From positions 32,001 to 96,000 of the forward strand of contig JBEPYN010000001.1 in the NCBI GenBank assembly GCA_041641305.1: a DNA stretch of 64,000 bases, given 5' to 3'. The stretch is from Nitrososphaerota archaeon. GTDB taxonomy: Archaea > Thermoproteota > Nitrososphaeria_A > Caldarchaeales > Caldarchaeaceae. Of this stretch, positions 1-8,949 are shown in pieces. The translations under genes and the position numbers were made by a program. Numbering within the stretch: position 1 is the first letter of the stretch; every line of letters starts with the position of its first letter. The notes under the pieces are model-generated. The model was given only the letters and a program-made list of their open reading frames with translations, was not told the origin of the DNA and searched no databases.

Positions 1-232
1 CAACCACACGTTGATTTATGATTGCTTGAATATCCAGCTTAGAGATAAGATTATCTATCAAGGCTTGGGCACGTTTTCCATGTGGGATAGTTTTGTTGGT
101 AACGTATCTTGTCAAAGTTGATACGGGTATGCCTGTTTGCTTGGAGAGGATCTTATAGTCCATGCTGGTTTTGAGTGTTTTCAAAATCTGTACAGCAAGG
201 TATGATAAGTAGGCGTTCGATGCTTTCTTCAA
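1..232 (-). CDS. HTH protein, probably archaeal HTH-phosphoribosyltransferase (PurR-like); runs off the window edge
   Basis: Not in ORF track. TTG at 232 after GAGGAGGT; translates MKKASNAYLSYLAVQILKTLKTSMDYKILSKQTGIPVSTLTRYVTNKTIPHGKRAQ..., an xre-like HTH typical of the N-terminus of HTH-PRTases. Confidence 0.65.
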   Translation of the reverse strand, partial: MKKASNAYLSYLAVQILKTLKTSMDYKILSKQTGIPVSTLTRYVTNKTIPHGKRAQALIDNLISKLDIQAIINQRVV

Positions 233-280
233 ACCTCCTCAAGAGGAATTTGCCCAAATATAGGATTTTCAAGATCGAAA

Positions 281-2506
281 ATGGTAAAAACTAAATACAT
301 TCAGCAAAGATATGTAGGTGGTTTGCGAAGGGTTTACAGCGCGTATGATGCGGTGCGTGGGGCTCCAATATACACCGAGGACATAGTACCTGAGAACGCT
401 CTCCGTGTTAAGGCTCTAAGGTCTGAGTATCCGCATGCGTTGATAAAACGTGTAGATGTCTCAGCTGCTATGCAGGTGCCCGGCGTGGTCGCGGTCTTCA
501 CCGCCCTAGATGTACCGGGTCAAAACATAACGGGTGCGGTTGTGCTGGACAGGCCTTTCCTCGCATATAACAAGGTTAGATGCCTGGCTGACCCCATAGC
601 GCTTGTGGTCGCGGTTGATGAGGAAGCCGCAGACAAGGCGATTGAGAAGATAGTTGTCGACTATGAGGTTTTCGAGCCCGTCTACGATCCTGTTAAAGCG
701 CTTGAGGAATCGGCTCCAAGGGTGCATGAAAATAATCTGCTCCGCCACTATAGGCTACGTAAAGGAGACATAACTCGTGGCTTTAACGAGTCAGACATCA
801 TCGTGGAGGAGGAGTTTAGGACGCAGATGCAGGACCCGGCTCCTCTCGAGACTGAGGCTGCATACGCTGTCCCCGAGGAAGACGGCAGCCTAACAATCTA
901 CGGCAGCATCCAGAACCCCTTCTATGTGCTAACAGGTGTCTCGAGAATACTTGGTCTACCGCGTGAAAAAATTAACCTGGTTGTGATGGCTATTGGTGGG
1001 ACTTTTGGAGGAAAATCCGACGAGGCGCCTTGGGATGTCTGCGCAATGGCTGGGCTTGCCGCACTAAAGACAGGGAAACCTGCAGCATGTATCTACGGTC
1101 GCGACGAGTCAATGATAGCTCATTCTCATCGACACCCAGCCGTAATGCGCTATAAGGTCGGAGCAACTATGGATGGCAGGCTAAAGGCATTGGATGCCGA
1201 CCTCTTCTTCGACACAGGAGCCTATGCCTCTGTCGGCCCACTCGTCATGCTCAGAGCGGTGACCCACGCAGCCGGGCCATATGTTGTGGAAAACGTAAGA
1301 GTAGACTCCTACCTCGTTTACACAAACAATTTGACGGCTGGGTCGATGAGAGGCTTTGGTTCCCCCCAGGTTCACTTCGCTGTTGAGTCTATGATGGATA
1401 TTCTTGCGGAGAAGCTTGGAATGGATCCTGTTGAGCTTCGGCTGAAAAATGCTTGGAGACAGGGAGTAGTAACCGCAAGCGACGCTGTCTTGATGGATAA
1501 TCCAGATTTTGGCATATTGGCTGAGAAGGTGTGCGAGAGGCTGGGATGGAGGCACGGAGAGAAAAATCCGGACGAGGGTGTGGGCATAGCTTTCATGGCT
1601 CATGGCAACAGCCTCGGTCCAGAGGGTGAAGACAAGTCCTCGGCAACGGTTAGAATATCGTCCGATGGCATGGTCCACGTCGCCACCTCTTTGACTGAGT
1701 ATGGCACAGGCGCTTCACGCGGGTTTGCGAAAATAGCTGCATCTGTTCTGGGTGTGCCCGAGGAGAGGATCGTTGTGGACCGTGTTGAGACAAAGAAAGT
1801 CCCTGACTCGGGTGGAACGTTTGCATCCCGCTCCACCCTCATGGGCGGAAACGCCGTCTATCTTGCAGCCAAGAAACTGAGGGAAAGGGTTGAGCAGTTG
1901 ATCAAAGAGTCTGGCCAAACAGGTGTGAACGTCGCAGATTTTGTCCGCGACATCCTGCGTGAAGAGGTATCTGAGTATGCGGAGTTTAAGTTACCCGCAT
2001 GCGATTACGATCCCGAAACTGGAAAGGGAACGCCCTATCTTCAATACACCTATGGTGTTGTGGGTGTGCGTGTAAAGGTTGACAGGGAGCTTGGTATTGT
2101 GAGGGTGAAGGATATTGTGGCTGCTTTTGATGTTGGACGCGTGGTCAACAAAGGGTATTTGACGGCTCAGCTGGAGGGCGGGATCACTCAGGGAGTCGCT
2201 TACGGCCTTCTCGAAGAGCTTGTAATCGGGAAAAAGCATAAGGTTCTCAACCCCAACCTCGCCGACTACCTTGTCCCCACCGCAGCCGACATGCCTCGTG
2301 TAGAGGTCATCGTCGTCGAAAACCCCAGCCCACTAACGCCCATCGGGACAAGAACCGCAGGCGAACCGGGGATAGACGCACCCGCAGCAGCCATAGCCAA
2401 CGCCGTCCACGACGCCCTCAAAATCAGAATAACATCTCTCCCAATAACCCCGGAGAAAGTATTGGTTGCTTTGGAGAAAGCTCAAGCTATTGCCGCAACT
2501 GTTTAA
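281..2506 (+). CDS. Xanthine dehydrogenase/CoxL-family molybdopterin-binding large subunit
   Basis: GGTFGGK, SMRGFGSPQ, AQLEGGITQG and AGEPG (catalytic Glu) motifs. Confidence 0.92.
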   Translation: MVKTKYIQQRYVGGLRRVYSAYDAVRGAPIYTEDIVPENALRVKALRSEYPHALIKRVDVSAAMQVPGVVAVFTALDVPGQNITGAVVLDRPFLAYNKVRCLADPIALVVAVDEEAADKAIEKIVVDYEVFEPVYDPVKALEESAPRVHENNLLRHYRLRKGDITRGFNESDIIVEEEFRTQMQDPAPLETEAAYAVPEEDGSLTIYGSIQNPFYVLTGVSRILGLPREKINLVVMAIGGTFGGKSDEAPWDVCAMAGLAALKTGKPAACIYGRDESMIAHSHRHPAVMRYKVGATMDGRLKALDADLFFDTGAYASVGPLVMLRAVTHAAGPYVVENVRVDSYLVYTNNLTAGSMRGFGSPQVHFAVESMMDILAEKLGMDPVELRLKNAWRQGVVTASDAVLMDNPDFGILAEKVCERLGWRHGEKNPDEGVGIAFMAHGNSLGPEGEDKSSATVRISSDGMVHVATSLTEYGTGASRGFAKIAASVLGVPEERIVVDRVETKKVPDSGGTFASRSTLMGGNAVYLAAKKLRERVEQLIKESGQTGVNVADFVRDILREEVSEYAEFKLPACDYDPETGKGTPYLQYTYGVVGVRVKVDRELGIVRVKDIVAAFDVGRVVNKGYLTAQLEGGITQGVAYGLLEELVIGKKHKVLNPNLADYLVPTAADMPRVEVIVVENPSPLTPIGTRTAGEPGIDAPAAAIANAVHDALKIRITSLPITPEKVLVALEKAQAIAATV

Positions 2507-2957
2507 GGGCCGCCGACACAGCGTCGACGATCTTTGTGTATCCGCCGCATCGGCAAATGTTGGCTATGAGTATGTGTCTGATTGTCTGCTCATCGGCGTC
2601 GGGGTAGTTGTCGGCGATGTATTTCGCTGTTACAACGATGCCTGGTATGCAGAAGCCGCACTGGGATGCTGTGTACTCGAGGAGAGCTGACTGTATAGGG
2701 TGAAGGCTTTCCCCAGGTGTGATGCCCTCCAAAGTTGTTACATTTTTTCCACGGACTTGGACGGCGAGCATCATGCAGGAGTTGATGAGCTTGCCGTCGA
2801 CGATGACGTTGCATGAGCCGCAGTCCCCTGTGCCACAGGCCTCCTTCACACTCTTCATGCCGAGACGGCGGAGAAGATCCATCAACCGCTCGTTACCACG
2901 CAGCTCCGCTGAGACAGGCTTACCGTTAAGCACAAACTCAATCCTCATCAAAACCAC
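2487..2957 (-). CDS. Xanthine dehydrogenase/CoxS-family 2x[2Fe-2S] small subunit
   Basis: CGTGDCGSC..C and QCGFC..CRC motifs; start may be 2951 or 2948. Confidence 0.93.
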   Translation of the reverse strand: MVLMRIEFVLNGKPVSAELRGNERLMDLLRRLGMKSVKEACGTGDCGSCNVIVDGKLINSCMMLAVQVRGKNVTTLEGITPGESLHPIQSALLEYTASQCGFCIPGIVVTAKYIADNYPDADEQTIRHILIANICRCGGYTKIVDAVSAALKQLRQ

Positions 2958-3816
2958 CCCTCATCAAGTAGCTCCAGCAAAACTCGAGACCACGCCTCAG
3001 CAAAACTTTTGAGACATGTTTTCTGAAGCTGCTGGAGGCCCTGAAGTCTGACGCAGGCCGTATCCTTGACACGCTTTCTTCAACAGCCTCCCTTAGCAGA
3101 CTTGGGTTAATCGCCTTCCCTATCAACGCATTTTCTAGGTCTGTGAGCCGACCCATCTGTCTGCCTTCAACCCTGTTCAAAACAATCCTCAGCTTCTTAA
3201 CTATGCCGTCAACAGCCTTCATGGAGACTGCGGCCGTCACAACCCCTATGCCGTTGGAGGCTCTCTTCTCAAACTTTGAGAACCATGAGACCGATCCAGG
3301 GCCCCAGTCACGGAAAACAGCCTCAGCAACAACTTCGCCACGTCGCAGAGAAAGCTCAAGCGGCCCCGCAACCCTCTCACCCTCAGGGCCAACAATCTTC
3401 ACCTCCCCGTCGAGAGAGGCCATTATAGCGGGAATGTCTCGCTCACCGCCTGAGGCGAGGTTGCCCCCAACGGTTGCCATGTGTCGGGTGGTCTCTGCTC
3501 CGAAGTATTTGCTGAGCCAGCGTATGGATAAGTAGTTCCTCGGAATTGCTGGGGAGTTGGCGAGTTCATGCACCGTCGCCAGCCCGCCTACTCGGATTAT
3601 CTCCCTCTCCCTCTTCACATATCGTAGCTCATTCACACCCGACAGATCGATAACAGCCCGCGGCCGAATTTTTCCACGCCGCATAAAAGGCATCAAATCC
3701 GTGCCACCTGCGTACAGCACAACATCACCGTCAAGACGCGAATATAGACTGATAACCTCTCGAAGCGACGAAGGAGTGTAGACCTCGAAGCTGGGGACAG
3801 CCTTCAACCAAATCAT
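2938..3816 (-). CDS. Xanthine dehydrogenase/CoxM-family FAD-binding medium subunit
   Basis: AGGTDL, ATVGGN and SDFRAS motifs. Confidence 0.9.
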   Translation of the reverse strand: MIWLKAVPSFEVYTPSSLREVISLYSRLDGDVVLYAGGTDLMPFMRRGKIRPRAVIDLSGVNELRYVKREREIIRVGGLATVHELANSPAIPRNYLSIRWLSKYFGAETTRHMATVGGNLASGGERDIPAIMASLDGEVKIVGPEGERVAGPLELSLRRGEVVAEAVFRDWGPGSVSWFSKFEKRASNGIGVVTAAVSMKAVDGIVKKLRIVLNRVEGRQMGRLTDLENALIGKAINPSLLREAVEESVSRIRPASDFRASSSFRKHVSKVLLRRGLEFCWSYLMRGGFDED

Positions 3817-3890
3817 TTTTGTTACGGATGAATATAAGGAAATGGCTGACCGTCTCTACATCGTTATATTTCCGTGTAGAGGTTATTGTT

Positions 3891-5285
3891 GTGTTGGCGA
3901 AAGACGGATTCGATCTCATGGTTCGTAACTGTAGGGTAGTGGATGTGGATGGTGTTTACGAGGCTGACATAGCTGTCGCTGGCGGAAGGATTGCGGCCAT
4001 CGGCCGCAGACTGGAGGCACGTGCCGAGAAAATATACGATGCAGGCGGACGCTATGTTTTTCCTGGAGCGATAGACGGCCACGTCCACTTCAAGCTCAAG
4101 TATTTCGAGAACGTCTACACAGCCGACGATTTTTACACGGGAACAGTTGCGGCGGCATGTGGTGGGGTCACGACGATAATCGACTTCGTGACACCTGAGA
4201 CCAAGGACTATGTTGAGGATTTTCGGAGACGGAGAGCCGAGGCAGATGGAGAGGTAGTCGTAGATTATGGGCTCCACATGAGCGTGACGGACTACGACGA
4301 AAAGATAGAGAGGATGCTCATTCACCTTTTTGAGAATGAAGGTCTCGCTAGCGTGAAGATGTTCACCGCCTATAGCCGCAGAGGCCTCATGCTCGACGAC
4401 GGAAAAGCATACAGGCTGATGAAGCTCTGCGGTGAGAAAAACGTCCTGGTCATGGTTCATGCCGAGAACGAGCATCTCATCAACACTTTTGTGGAAGAGT
4501 TTGTTTCACAGGGCAAGACCGAGCCTATTTACCATTCGCGGAGTAGACCAGATTTTGTGGAGGCCGAGGCGGTGAACCGGGTCGCTTTCTTATCTGGTTT
4601 GACGGGTGCCGAGATACTTATTGTCCACGTCTCCTCGGCGATGGGTCTCGACGCGATACAGGAGGCGAGGCAGAAAGGTGTGAAGATTCATGGGGAAACT
4701 TGTCCACACTATCTTATGTTCACTGAAGATGTGTATTTGAAACCTGACGGAGCGAAGTTCATTATGTCTCCTCCTCTTAAGAAGGAGCATGACAGAGAGG
4801 TGTTGTGGAAAGGCGTTTTGACCGATGGGTTTTCAGTGGTTGGAAGCGACCACGCCTGCTTCAACTTGTCACAGAAACTTGGACACAAAAGCTTTACAAC
4901 TGTTCCAGGCGGTGTGGCTGGGACCGAGGTGATACCCATGATACTTTTCTCAGAAGGTGTTGTGAAGCGGGGGATGCCTCTTAGCCGCTTCATCACTTTG
5001 ACAGCTCTAAACCCAGCCAAGCTATATGGCGTCTATCCGCGGAAAGGTGTCATCAGGGTTGGCGCGGACGCCGACTTCTACATCCTAGACCCATCGCAGA
5101 AAACACGTCTTACAAGGGAAAACCTTCACAGCAACATAGACCACTCGATATACGAAGACGTCGAGGTCAGCTGCCGCATAGTAGCCACCTTCTCCCGGGG
5201 AGAACAGATAGTTGAAAACGGTGAATTCATCGGGAAACGGGGCAGAGGACAATACATCCCCATGAATAGAGGCGGAGGTGGATGA
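3891..5285 (+). CDS. hydA: Dihydropyrimidinase/hydantoinase (cyclic amidohydrolase)
   Basis: DGHVH, carboxylated-Lys site SVKMF, HAEN, HVSS, ETCPHYL, GSDHA; GTG 3891 is a more plausible start than 3819. Confidence 0.85.
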   Translation: MLAKDGFDLMVRNCRVVDVDGVYEADIAVAGGRIAAIGRRLEARAEKIYDAGGRYVFPGAIDGHVHFKLKYFENVYTADDFYTGTVAAACGGVTTIIDFVTPETKDYVEDFRRRRAEADGEVVVDYGLHMSVTDYDEKIERMLIHLFENEGLASVKMFTAYSRRGLMLDDGKAYRLMKLCGEKNVLVMVHAENEHLINTFVEEFVSQGKTEPIYHSRSRPDFVEAEAVNRVAFLSGLTGAEILIVHVSSAMGLDAIQEARQKGVKIHGETCPHYLMFTEDVYLKPDGAKFIMSPPLKKEHDREVLWKGVLTDGFSVVGSDHACFNLSQKLGHKSFTTVPGGVAGTEVIPMILFSEGVVKRGMPLSRFITLTALNPAKLYGVYPRKGVIRVGADADFYILDPSQKTRLTRENLHSNIDHSIYEDVEVSCRIVATFSRGEQIVENGEFIGKRGRGQYIPMNRGGGG

Positions 5286-6136
5286 AGCCCCGAAGACGAC
5301 CAGCGGTAGCCGGATACTTCTACGAGGGCTCCAGAGAAGCTCTTCTGAGACAGGTGGAAAACTGTTTCCTATCATCACACGGCCCGGGAAAAACACCTAC
5401 AAAAGAGTGGAGCACCCGTCGTCCACCTGCTCTCATCTCTCCACATGCGGGTCTGATGTACTCGGGGCCTGTCGCGGCCCACGGATACTATGAGCTGACA
5501 AAATATGCGGCGCCTGAGTCTGTTGTTGTTTTCGGGCCCAACCACTACGGAGTGGGGACAGTTGTTTCAATATACCCGGGAGGAAGCTGGTTGACCCCTC
5601 TCGGAGAGGTCAAAATAGATGATAAGCTCGCGGCGGAGATCGCTGGACAGCGTGAGTTTTTCTACTTGGATGAAATAAGCCATGCACGTGAACACAGCAT
5701 CGAGGTACAGTTGCCTTTCCTCCAGTACCTGTATGGCGAATTCCTGTTTGTACCAATCTGTATTAATGACCAAAGCCTCGAGACTTGTGTGGAGATTGGG
5801 GAGGCTGTTGCAGAAGTTGTCGATAGAAGAAACATTCTCATGATTGCGTCTACCGATTTCACGCATTATGAGCCGCATGAAACGGTGTTGAAAAAGGACA
5901 GGCTCGCTCTTGAGCGTATACAGCAGCTTGACGTCGAAGGCCTTTACAAGGTGATTGAGAAGTATGACATAACTATGTGTGGGTACGGAGCTGTGGCGGC
6001 GTTGTTGGTTGCCGCAAGAAAGCTCGGGGCAGTCGAGGCCACGGTCTTGAAACAGGCTACAAGCGGCGATACAAGCGGGGATTACGAGTCTGTGGTCGGC
6101 TACGCGGCCTGTAAAATTGAGCTGCCTGAAAAATGA
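5282..6136 (+). CDS. amrB: MEMO1-family protein (AmmeMemoRadiSam protein B)
   Basis: PAVAGYFY, PHAG..YSG, GPNH, EHSIEVQLPFLQ, STDFTHY, TMCG. Confidence 0.93.
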   Translation: MKPRRRPAVAGYFYEGSREALLRQVENCFLSSHGPGKTPTKEWSTRRPPALISPHAGLMYSGPVAAHGYYELTKYAAPESVVVFGPNHYGVGTVVSIYPGGSWLTPLGEVKIDDKLAAEIAGQREFFYLDEISHAREHSIEVQLPFLQYLYGEFLFVPICINDQSLETCVEIGEAVAEVVDRRNILMIASTDFTHYEPHETVLKKDRLALERIQQLDVEGLYKVIEKYDITMCGYGAVAALLVAARKLGAVEATVLKQATSGDTSGDYESVVGYAACKIELPEK

Positions 6137-7092
6137 GGAAGCAGGTCAAAGTATTCGCACCGGGTAAAGTCATACTTTATGGAGAACACTTTGTCGTCTC
6201 AGGCTACCCAGCCATCGTAACAGCAATAGACCGTGGCGTAACTGTCACAGCGAGAAAAGTAGAGGACAAGTTTGTCATAGTTTCAAAACATTCAGCCGCG
6301 GCGTGGGATATTTCCGGAGAGCCCATTGCCGCCAGCTCACATACCCTTGCCCCGCTCTACAACATGGTTAGAGAGATATGTTTGGACAATGGTGTGCCGT
6401 GCACAGGGTTGGCTGAGATAGAGTCAGACCTAGTTAGCGGCGGAGGACTCGGCTCCTCTGCAGCTGTCTCCGTCGCGCTTGCTAAGGCCGTGTCGCTTCT
6501 GCATGAAATCGAGCTAAGCCGAGACCAGCTTATACAGTATGCTCTCAAGGCTGAGAAAGAGTTCCACGGCAGACCGTCTGGAATAGACCCGACAATATCC
6601 GCGGTAGGCGGAACCATTGCCTACCAAGGCCTTGGAAAATACACAGGCATTGAGATAGGTGAACCCCTAGACCTAATAATAGTCTTCAGCGGCAGAAAAA
6701 GGAAAACATCTAAGATGGTCGATATTGTGCAGAGGTTTGCTGCTGAGAAGAGAAATGTTTTCACGGAGCTTGTGAAACTTTATTCATATATATACGAGGA
6801 GGCGAAAAAGTCCTTGGCTCAAGGAGACCTTGAGACCATCGGCCAACTTTTCACACTCAACCATCTTCTTCTAAAGACAGTCGGTGTCTCGGCAGAGGTT
6901 CTGGAGAACATAGTGGATAGGTTGAGGAGCTTATGTGTCTACGGGTCTAAGCTGACGGGAGCGGGTGGCGGCGGTTGCGTAATCGCAGTAGCGGGTGAAA
7001 GAACCGCGGATATTGTAGAAGAGATGTCAAGGCTTTATCCAGGGGCTTGGTTAAGCAGGATAGGGGTAGCCGGAGTAGGTGAAAAGGTTTGA
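6133..7092 (+). CDS. mvk: Mevalonate kinase
   Basis: APGKVILYGEH, GLGSSAA, HGRPSGID, KLTGAGGGG. Confidence 0.93.
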   Translation: MRKQVKVFAPGKVILYGEHFVVSGYPAIVTAIDRGVTVTARKVEDKFVIVSKHSAAAWDISGEPIAASSHTLAPLYNMVREICLDNGVPCTGLAEIESDLVSGGGLGSSAAVSVALAKAVSLLHEIELSRDQLIQYALKAEKEFHGRPSGIDPTISAVGGTIAYQGLGKYTGIEIGEPLDLIIVFSGRKRKTSKMVDIVQRFAAEKRNVFTELVKLYSYIYEEAKKSLAQGDLETIGQLFTLNHLLLKTVGVSAEVLENIVDRLRSLCVYGSKLTGAGGGGCVIAVAGERTADIVEEMSRLYPGAWLSRIGVAGVGEKV

Positions 7093-7871
7093 GCAACCTT
7101 GTAATCCTCAAGATAGGTGGCTCAGTCATCACAGACAAAACGAGAGAAAACTTCTTCAGACAAGAAGTTATGGCGAGAATAGCGAAGGAGATTGCGAGAT
7201 GCTGGCCCACGCCTATGATAATAATACATGGAGCAGGCTCTTTCGGACACCCCATCGCCAAACAGTACAGAATTGACGAGGGTTATAGGGAGCAGGGGCA
7301 GTTGGAGGGGTTTGTGAAAACCCTTCAATCGGTTAAGACCCTAAACCAGCATGTCGTCAATACACTCATCGAAACTGGTATAGGAGCTGTTGGCATGCCT
7401 GCGTCTACACTTTTCATCACGCGGAAAGGCGTCATAGAAACCGCTCATCTTGACATGTTCTTCTCGGCCCTCGACCTGGGAGTAATACCGGTCACATGCG
7501 GTGATGCAGTTTTTGACCGAGAGCTAAAGTTCACAGTAGCCTCGGGGGATCAGATAGCCATCCACCTCGCAAAATCTCTGAGAGCCTCGCGGATAGTTTT
7601 CGCCAGCGACGTTGACGGTGTTTATGAGGTTGACAGGGAGACGGGTGAGAAGAAGGTGCTTGAGAAGCTTGATTATAGGAGACATTCAACCCTCTACTAT
7701 GGAGGTGTTGAAGGCGAGGATGTTACAGGAGGGATGTTCTACAAGGTTGAAATGGGGTTTGAGGCTGTGAAAGCTGGTGTAGACGTTGTGATAGTCAACG
7801 GCCTCGTCGAAGGCAGGATAGAAGCCGCTGTGAAGGGAAAGCCTGTGAAAGGGACAACGCTGGTGATGTAG
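7089..7871 (+). CDS. ipk: Isopentenyl phosphate kinase
   Basis: KIGGSVITDK, HGAGSFGH, DVTGGM; lies between mvk and fni. Confidence 0.92.
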   Translation: MSNLVILKIGGSVITDKTRENFFRQEVMARIAKEIARCWPTPMIIIHGAGSFGHPIAKQYRIDEGYREQGQLEGFVKTLQSVKTLNQHVVNTLIETGIGAVGMPASTLFITRKGVIETAHLDMFFSALDLGVIPVTCGDAVFDRELKFTVASGDQIAIHLAKSLRASRIVFASDVDGVYEVDRETGEKKVLEKLDYRRHSTLYYGGVEGEDVTGGMFYKVEMGFEAVKAGVDVVIVNGLVEGRIEAAVKGKPVKGTTLVM

Positions 7872-7872
7872 C

Positions 7873-8949
7873 GTGAGCATAGAGGCGAGGAAAAGCGATC
7901 ACATCAAGATAAGTCTCGAAAAAGACGTTTCCTTCAAAAAATCAACATGGCTCGAATACGTGGAGCTTGTACATCAAGCCGCTCCGGAGATAGATCCCGG
8001 AGATATCCAAACCGAAACCATTTTCCTTGGCCGCAGGTTCAGCCACCCACTGATAATAGAGTCGATGACGGGGGGCACATCTGAAGCGGAGAAGATAAAC
8101 GCCAACCTCGGGCAGGCAGCCGCGGTTTTCAAGGTGCCCATGGGCGTAGGCAGTCAGAGAGCGGGAATAGTCAAGCCTGAGACAGTTCGCACATTCAGGG
8201 CTGCGCGTGACCATGGTCCAGACGCTTTTCTCATCGGCAACATAGGGGCGGTGCAGCTGGTGGAAAACGGTGTGGAGATGGGTTTAAAGGCGGTTGAGAT
8301 GATAGACGCCGACGCCCTCGCCGTCCACCTCAACCCTCTCCAAGAAATCATACAGCCAGACGGAAAAGCACGGTTCAGAAACCTCTCAAAAACACTTGAG
8401 AAGCTGCGGAAAGAGTTGAGCATACCAATTATTTTGAAGGAGATTGGATGCGGGTTGTCGAGGGAGGTTGTGGCGATGGCTGATAGAGTAGGTTTAGATG
8501 CTTTTGACGTGGCCGGCTCAGGGGGAACAAACTGGACGATGATAGAGATGATACGTGCAGAGGAAATGAAAGACAGCGAGAAAAGGGCGCTTGCAGAGGT
8601 TTTCCTCGAATGGGGCATCCCGACAGCGGCCGCCGTCATGGAGGCTGTTGACACAACAACCAAGCCTGTGATAGCCTCCGGAGGGTTAAGGACAGGACTC
8701 GATGCAGCAAAAACCCTGGCCCTCGGAGCATCCATGGCTGGTCTGGCGAGACCATTCCTCAAACCGGCCACCAATTCTGCCGAGGACGTACTGGCGACGC
8801 TAAGTAGATTGTCTAACCAGCTGAAGACAACGATGTTCTTAACAGGATGTAAGACAGTAGATGAGCTACGAAATGCACCCAAAGTGGTTATGGGGCCACT
8901 GCGTGAATGGGCTGCACAGAGGCTCAGTCGTGGCAGTAGACAAACCTGA
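7873..8949 (+). CDS. fni: Type 2 isopentenyl-diphosphate isomerase
   Basis: RKSDH, MTGG, GSQR, HLNPLQE, KEIGCG, GGTNW. Confidence 0.95.
   Translation: MSIEARKSDHIKISLEKDVSFKKSTWLEYVELVHQAAPEIDPGDIQTETIFLGRRFSHPLIIESMTGGTSEAEKINANLGQAAAVFKVPMGVGSQRAGIVKPETVRTFRAARDHGPDAFLIGNIGAVQLVENGVEMGLKAVEMIDADALAVHLNPLQEIIQPDGKARFRNLSKTLEKLRKELSIPIILKEIGCGLSREVVAMADRVGLDAFDVAGSGGTNWTMIEMIRAEEMKDSEKRALAEVFLEWGIPTAAAVMEAVDTTTKPVIASGGLRTGLDAAKTLALGASMAGLARPFLKPATNSAEDVLATLSRLSNQLKTTMFLTGCKTVDELRNAPKVVMGPLREWAAQRLSRGSRQT

Noticed and set aside
8154-8882. 242-aa antisense ORF, and many similar shadow ORFs such as 3864-4475, 1181-1678 and 17082-17546
   Set aside because: They lie opposite well-conserved genes, have Ser/Thr/Pro-rich antisense composition and carry no motifs
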